In this document: positions 27,015 to 32,000 of the stretch, piece by piece
Numbering within the stretch: position 1 is the stretch's first letter
Layout of the letters: every line of letters starts with the position of its first letter
DNA from: Aliivibrio fischeri ES114
GTDB lineage: Bacteria; Pseudomonadota; Gammaproteobacteria; Enterobacterales; Vibrionaceae
DNA: 32,000 nt
Strand: one strand, 5' to 3'
NCBI RefSeq assembly: GCF_000011805.1
Contig: NC_006840.2
Position numbers and translations under genes: made by a program
Notes under the pieces: model-generated
The model's input: only the letters and a program-made list of their open reading frames with translations
Database searches by the model: none
What the model was told of the DNA's origin: nothing

Positions 27015-29057
27015 TTAAGCTCCAATACCCGCGTGACGCAGCATTGCATCAACTTGCGGCTCACGACCACGGAAACGCTTGAACAACTCCATCGGTTCTT
27101 CACTGCCACCCATTTCCAAAATATTATTTAAGAAACTTTGGCCAGTCTCAGTATTAAAAATACCGTCCTCTTCAAAACGAGAGAACGCATCTGCTGATAA
27201 TACTTCTGCCCATAGGTAGCTGTAATAACCTGCACTGTACCCGCCTGCAAAAATATGACCAAAGCTGTGAGAGAAACGGTTCCACTCAACACTTGGTAAT
27301 ACCGCTACTTTCGCTTTCACTTCCGCTAGCGTTTCCAGCACTCGACCGCCTAGTTCAGGGTCAAAATTAGTGTGCAGTGTAAAATCAAACAAACCAAACT
27401 CTAACTGGCGCAAAATAAACATCGCTGATTGAAAGTTTTTCGCTGCTAGCATTTTATCTAGCATCTCTTTAGGAAGCGGTTCACCCGTTTCATAATGACC
27501 AGAGATAAACGCTAACGCCTCTTCTTCATAACACCAGTTTTCTAAGAACTGACTTGGCAGCTCAACTGCATCCCAAGGCACACCATTAATGCCCGATACC
27601 GAAGCCACATCAATTTGAGTCAGCATGTGATGAATACCGTGACCAAATTCGTGGAATAACGTCACCACTTCATCGTGAGTAAACAGTGCAGGTTTACCAC
27701 CGACAGGTTTATTAAAGTTGCAGGTTAGATAAGCAACAGGAGTCTGTAGTTCACCTTCTTGAGTCAAACGTCGTACACGACACTCATCCATCCATGCGCC
27801 ACCACGCTTATGCTCACGAGCATACAAATCAAGGTAGAAACTGCCGCGTAGTGTATTCGTTGAATCAAAGATATCAAAGAAACGCACTGACTCGTACCAT
27901 ACATCCACACCTTTACGCTCAACCACTGTCATACCAAACAGACGGTTCAATACTTCAAATAGGCCAGATACGGCTTTTGATTCAGGGAAATAAGGACGAA
28001 GCTCTTCATCAGAGATTTGATACAGCTTTTGCTTTAATTTTTCAGAGTAGTAAGTGATGTCCCACAAATCTAACTCATCAATACCAAACTCTTCTTTTAC
28101 AAATGCTTTTAGCTCTTCAACTTCACGCTCACCTTGAGGTTTTGCTTTTGTTGCTAGGTCATTTAAAAAGCCAAGTACTTGAGTTGGGCTTTCTGCCATT
28201 TTGGTTGCCAATGATTTATCACTGTATGAACCAAAACCAAGTAGACGAGCGATTTCATGACGAAGTTGTAATTCTTCTTCCATGATTGCGCTGTTGTCCC
28301 ACTTACCTGCATTTGGGCCACGATCCGATGCACGAGTAACGAACGCTTCATAAATTTCTTTACGTAATGGTTTGTTATCACAGTACGTCATTACAGGTAA
28401 GTAAGATGGCATTTCTAACGTAAGTAACCAGCCATCCAATTCTTTTGCTTCAGCCGCAGCTTTTGCTGCCGCCATTGCAGATTCAGGTAAACCTGATAAC
28501 TCTTTTTCGTCCGTAATGTGTTTTGACCAACCCATAGTAGCGTCAAGCACATTGTTGCTGAAGTTTGAGCTTAGCTCAGAGCTGCGTTTACTGATCTCGC
28601 CGTAACGCTTTTGCTGATCAGCCGGTAAACCAATACCTGATAAATCAAAATCACGCAGTTCATCAATGATGGTTTTTTGTTGAGCTTGAGATAAAGACGC
28701 AAACGCCTCGCTCTCTTTAATGGATTTATACGCTTCGTACAATCCTTTGTGTTGGCCAACCCAAGTGCCATATTCAGATAACTCAGGTAGACACGCTTCA
28801 TAAGCTTCACGCCATGCTTCGCTGTTTTTTACTGAATTTAAATGGCTTACTGGTGACCAAATACGGCTAAGGCGATCATCCGTTTCCGCTAAAGGAACAA
28901 TAATGCTTTCCCAGCTAGGGGTTACGTCAGAAGCTAATACTTCTTCAATTTTTGCACGGCAATCAGCAATCGCTTGTTCTACAGCAGGCTGAATATGCTC
29001 AGGCTTAATTTGAGAAAATGGAGGTAAATCGGTGAAGGTCAGTAGCGGGTTAGACAT
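27015..29057 (-). CDS. prlC: Oligopeptidase A (M3 family zinc metallopeptidase)
   Basis: It has the zinc motif HEFGHGIHH and resembles PrlC over its full length. The track start at 29063 directly abuts AAGGA. The ATG at 29057 (6-nt spacing) gives MSNPLLTF.., matching the usual PrlC N-terminus, so I use it. Confidence 0.96.
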   Translation of the reverse strand: MSNPLLTFTDLPPFSQIKPEHIQPAVEQAIADCRAKIEEVLASDVTPSWESIIVPLAETDDRLSRIWSPVSHLNSVKNSEAWREAYEACLPELSEYGTWVGQHKGLYEAYKSIKESEAFASLSQAQQKTIIDELRDFDLSGIGLPADQQKRYGEISKRSSELSSNFSNNVLDATMGWSKHITDEKELSGLPESAMAAAKAAAEAKELDGWLLTLEMPSYLPVMTYCDNKPLRKEIYEAFVTRASDRGPNAGKWDNSAIMEEELQLRHEIARLLGFGSYSDKSLATKMAESPTQVLGFLNDLATKAKPQGEREVEELKAFVKEEFGIDELDLWDITYYSEKLKQKLYQISDEELRPYFPESKAVSGLFEVLNRLFGMTVVERKGVDVWYESVRFFDIFDSTNTLRGSFYLDLYAREHKRGGAWMDECRVRRLTQEGELQTPVAYLTCNFNKPVGGKPALFTHDEVVTLFHEFGHGIHHMLTQIDVASVSGINGVPWDAVELPSQFLENWCYEEEALAFISGHYETGEPLPKEMLDKMLAAKNFQSAMFILRQLEFGLFDFTLHTNFDPELGGRVLETLAEVKAKVAVLPSVEWNRFSHSFGHIFAGGYSAGYYSYLWAEVLSADAFSRFEEDGIFNTETGQSFLNNILEMGGSEEPMELFKRFRGREPQVDAMLRHAGIGA

Positions 29058-29209
29058 ATTCATTCCTTTTTATTTCTTATTCGATTTGATGTCACTATGT
29101 AGATAAGATGGTGCTTAATTGACTAAATTTCAATGGCTGATGCAAGAGTACACACATTGAGCCACAAACTTGGGTATAATATTCCCATTCCAATAGTGAG
29201 AGTTCATCC

Positions 29210-30049
29210 ATGTTAAGTTACCGTCACAGTTTTCATGCAGGCAACCATGCCGATGTGGTTAAACACATTGTACAAAGCCTTATCCTTAATTCATTAACTC
29301 AAAAAGATAAGCCATTTGTTTATCATGACACCCACTCAGGTGTTGGCCGTTACGACTTAACGCATGAATGGTCTGAAAAAACAGGTGAATACAAACAAGG
29401 TATCGCACGTATCTGGGATCAAGCGAATCTTCCAGAAGAAATCACCAGCTACCTTGATGCTATCAAAACCTTAAATGACGGCGAAGAGCTGCGTTACTAC
29501 CCGGGTTCTCCTCGTGTTGGCCGTGCACACTTACGTCGCCAAGACCGTATGGTACTGACGGAACTTCACCCTTCAGATTACCCACTGCTTGAACAAGAGT
29601 TTCACCGTGACCGCCAAGTGTCTATCTATAAAGAAGACGGCTTTGCGCGACTAAAAGCAAGTCTTCCGCCAAAAGAGCGCAGAGGATTAGTCTTAATCGA
29701 CCCACCTTATGAGCTTGCAAAAGAATATCGCGATGTTGTTACTGCTATTGGCCAAAGTCATAAGCGTTGGGCTACGGGTATTTATGCGATTTGGTATCCG
29801 GTAGTAAATCGTCACGATATCGACGATATGATCAACGGATTAAAAAAATTAGACATTCGTAACATTCTGCAAATTGAATTAGGTGTATCACCAGATACCA
29901 ACGAGCGTGGCATGACAGCATCAGGCATGATCGTGATTAACCCACCTTGGAAGCTAGAAAGCCAAATGAATGATATTTTGCCTTTCTTAAAAGAAGCGAT
30001 TGCACCTGCAACAGGTCACTTCAAAGTAGAGTGGATTGTTCCAGAATAA
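29210..30049 (+). CDS. rlmJ: 23S rRNA (adenine2030-N6)-methyltransferase RlmJ
   Basis: The N-terminus MLSYRHSFHAGNHADVVKH is diagnostic of RlmJ/YhiR. The catalytic motif is LIDPPYE. The prlC-rlmJ-gor neighbourhood matches E. coli. Confidence 0.93.
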   Translation: MLSYRHSFHAGNHADVVKHIVQSLILNSLTQKDKPFVYHDTHSGVGRYDLTHEWSEKTGEYKQGIARIWDQANLPEEITSYLDAIKTLNDGEELRYYPGSPRVGRAHLRRQDRMVLTELHPSDYPLLEQEFHRDRQVSIYKEDGFARLKASLPPKERRGLVLIDPPYELAKEYRDVVTAIGQSHKRWATGIYAIWYPVVNRHDIDDMINGLKKLDIRNILQIELGVSPDTNERGMTASGMIVINPPWKLESQMNDILPFLKEAIAPATGHFKVEWIVPE

Positions 30050-30086
30050 AAAATAAGGGTTCAGGCCGGTCGCAAGCTCCCTCAAA

Positions 30087-30138
30087 GGATTCAGGAAAAG
30101 CAGATAGCATTGCTCAGTTTTATCTCTTTCCTGAAACC
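30087..30138. other. Long bulged hairpin in the rlmJ-gor intergenic region
   Basis: TTCAGGAAA (30090-30098) pairs perfectly with TTTCCTGAA (30127-30135). The inner stem is AGATA (30102-30106) / TATCT (30121-30125). The loop is 14 nt. No adjacent T-run is present on the plus strand. Confidence 0.5.
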
Positions 30139-30266
30139 TAGTAGACCTTGAAAAAGAAAAATTTGGTCGCATTTCATACATAGTAAATAAAAAGAATTAA
30201 TACCAATGTTATAAATTAGATGAAGATAATTATTAGAATTGGTTAACACTTATTGGAGAGAAAGTA

Positions 30267-31622
30267 ATGACTACACATTTTGATTATATCTGTATTGGCG
30301 GTGGTTCAGGCGGTATCGCATCAGCAAACCGTGCATCAATGTACGGTGCAAAAGTGGCACTGATCGAAGCTCAAGATCTTGGCGGTACGTGTGTAAACGT
30401 AGGGTGTGTACCTAAAAAAGTAATGTGGCATGGCGCTCAAGTTGCTGAAGCCATTAATCTATACGCTGAAGATTACGGCTTTGATGTAGAGCTAAAAGAA
30501 TTCAAATGGAACAAGATGATTGAAAGCCGCCAAGCTTACATTGGCCGCATTCATGAATCTTACGATCGCGTACTTGGTAATAACAAAGTAAACGTAATCA
30601 AAGGCTTTGCTAAGTTTGTTGATGCAAAAACCGTTGAAGTAAACGGTGAGCACTACACAGCGGATCATATTCTTATTGCCGTTGGCGGTCGTCCAACAAT
30701 TCCAAATATCCCTGGTGCAGAATACGGTATTGATTCAAACGGTTTCTTTGAACTGACTGAACAACCAAAACGCGTTGCGGTTATTGGTGCAGGTTACATT
30801 GCAGTAGAAATCGCAGGCGTTCTTCATTCTCTAGGTACAGAAACTCACCTATTCTGCCGTAAAGAATCACCACTACGTAGCTTTGACCCAATGATCATCG
30901 ATACGCTAGTTGAAGTAATGAATACCGAAGGCCCAACACTTCATACTCACTCGGTACCAAAAGAAGTAGTTAAAGAAGCAGACGGCAGCCTAACGCTTCA
31001 CCTAGAAAACGGTAATACACAAAACGTTGATACGCTAATTTGGGCTATCGGTCGTCACCCAGCAACGGATGCTATCAATCTTGATAAAACCGGTGTTGCA
31101 ACAAACGATCGCGGTTACATCAAAGTGGATGAATACCAAGAAACAAACGTGAAAGGCATCTACTGTGTTGGTGACATCATGGAAGGCGGTATTGAGCTGA
31201 CTCCTGTTGCGGTTAAAGCAGGTCGTCAACTTTCAGAGCGTCTATTTAATGGCAAAACCAATGCAAAAATGGACTACGATTTAGTTCCTACTGTTGTATT
31301 TAGCCACCCACCAATTGGTACGATTGGCTTAACAGAACAAGAAGCTGACGAACAATACGGCAAAGAGAACGTGAAAGTGTACACATCAGGCTTTACTGCA
31401 ATGTACACAGCAGTAACTAAGCACCGTCAACCTTGTAAGATGAAGCTAGTCTGTGCGGGCGAAGATGAAAAAGTTGTTGGCCTACACGGTATCGGTTTCA
31501 CGGTTGATGAAATGATCCAAGGTTTTGCAGTTGCAATGAAGATGGGCGCAACTAAGGCTGATTTCGATGCCGTTGTGGCTATTCACCCAACAGGTTCAGA
31601 AGAATTTGTAACGATGCGATAG
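30267..31622 (+). CDS. gor: Glutathione-disulfide reductase
   Basis: It has the FAD motif GGGSGG and the redox-active disulfide [13 protein letters not shown]. The NADPH fold is GAGYIAVE and the C-terminal motif is HPTGSEE. GGAGAG precedes the ATG. Confidence 0.97.
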   Translation: MTTHFDYICIGGGSGGIASANRASMYGAKVALIEAQDLGGTCVNVGCVPKKVMWHGAQVAEAINLYAEDYGFDVELKEFKWNKMIESRQAYIGRIHESYDRVLGNNKVNVIKGFAKFVDAKTVEVNGEHYTADHILIAVGGRPTIPNIPGAEYGIDSNGFFELTEQPKRVAVIGAGYIAVEIAGVLHSLGTETHLFCRKESPLRSFDPMIIDTLVEVMNTEGPTLHTHSVPKEVVKEADGSLTLHLENGNTQNVDTLIWAIGRHPATDAINLDKTGVATNDRGYIKVDEYQETNVKGIYCVGDIMEGGIELTPVAVKAGRQLSERLFNGKTNAKMDYDLVPTVVFSHPPIGTIGLTEQEADEQYGKENVKVYTSGFTAMYTAVTKHRQPCKMKLVCAGEDEKVVGLHGIGFTVDEMIQGFAVAMKMGATKADFDAVVAIHPTGSEEFVTMR

Positions 31623-31661
31623 TCTGATATTAGACTCTCTATTCTAACGATAAAAAACGGG

Positions 31662-31692
31662 ATAATAACTATCCCGTTTTTTATTTTTACGA
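31662..31692 (+). terminator. Rho-independent terminator after gor
   Basis: The stem ACGGGATA (31667-31674) / TATCCCGT (31680-31687) is followed by a T-run. Confidence 0.85.
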
Positions 31693-31785
31693 GATAGGTA
31701 ATAATTCTTATCACCCGATATATTCATAACATGTTAGTCTTCAGTTACTTTCATAAAAACATAAACTCAAGCAATAGGTATATAC

Positions 31786-32000
31786 ATGGCTCGCATTACT
31801 GCAGAAGAAAAAGAGCAGAAAAAGAATCAATACGATGCCCTCATATTTCAAATTTTTACAGAAGAAGGGTGGGATGCTGTTACTTATGATCGCCTAGCAA
31901 AAGAACTAGACATAGGTAAAAGCTCATTACAACGTTACTACCCTAGCAACCTATTTTTTGCCACAGCACTACAGGGAAAAGTTTTTCCTTTGGCTATACA
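31786..32000 (+). CDS. TetR/AcrR-family transcriptional regulator, N-terminal part (runs off the window end)
   Basis: It is not in the ORF track because it is open at the edge. My translation is MARITAEEKEQKKNQYDALIFQIFTEEGWDAVTYDRLAKELDIGKSSLQRYYPSNLFFATALQGKVFPLAI. The segment VTYDRLAKELDIGKSSLQRYYPS is a typical TetR helix-turn-helix. Confidence 0.75.
   Translation, partial: MARITAEEKEQKKNQYDALIFQIFTEEGWDAVTYDRLAKELDIGKSSLQRYYPSNLFFATALQGKVFPLAI

Noticed and set aside
27794-28810. Several ORFs of 60-87 aa on both strands inside prlC
   Set aside because: They are alternative frames or antisense to the full-length M3 peptidase gene, which is intact and has the HEFGH motif.
29987-30181. 64-aa minus-strand ORF covering the rlmJ-gor spacer
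   Set aside because: It overlaps the rlmJ 3' end and the structured spacer. Its peptide is odd in composition with no start context. An RNA or DNA structure explains the region better.
1-32000. CRISPR arrays, tandem repeats, tRNA/rRNA genes and IS elements
   Set aside because: On reading both strands I saw no regularly spaced direct repeats, no cloverleaf-like or rRNA-like segments, and no transposase ORFs.

Overview
This window reads as conserved core chromosome of an AT-rich gammaproteobacterium. The gene order and protein sequences look like Vibrionaceae, possibly Aliivibrio or Photobacterium, but that placement is inferred from recognition only. I found no mobile element, CRISPR array, prophage, defence island or clearly novel system, and I would rather say so than invent one.

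Contents from left to right:
- nfuA (partial), cysQ and nudE, on the minus strand.
- A complete 12-gene type II secretion operon, epsC to epsN, on the minus strand. Most gene junctions overlap or abut.
- The divergent heat-shock pair hslR-hslO, with a good sigma32-type promoter match.
- pckA, then an AsmA-family envelope protein.
- A convergent EAL+HDOD c-di-GMP signalling protein.
- pldB-yigL.
- The minus-strand lptM-lysA-dapF-yigA(DUF484)-xerC block. lptM is a 39-aa lipoprotein missing from the ORF track.
- cyaY, prlC, rlmJ, gor, and the start of a TetR-family regulator.

Several ORF-track starts look too long. I re-set them from Shine-Dalgarno spacing and conserved N-termini: cysQ, epsI, epsH, hslO, the asmA-like gene, yigA, dapF, cyaY and prlC.

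The items most worth a second look are all small:
- A GC-rich compound palindromic element between cyaY and prlC.
- A long bulged hairpin downstream of rlmJ.
- 21-bp-phased direct repeats in front of the EAL-HDOD gene.
- The unannotated lptM.
- The translationally coupled dapF-DUF484-xerC unit, whose middle gene has no known function.
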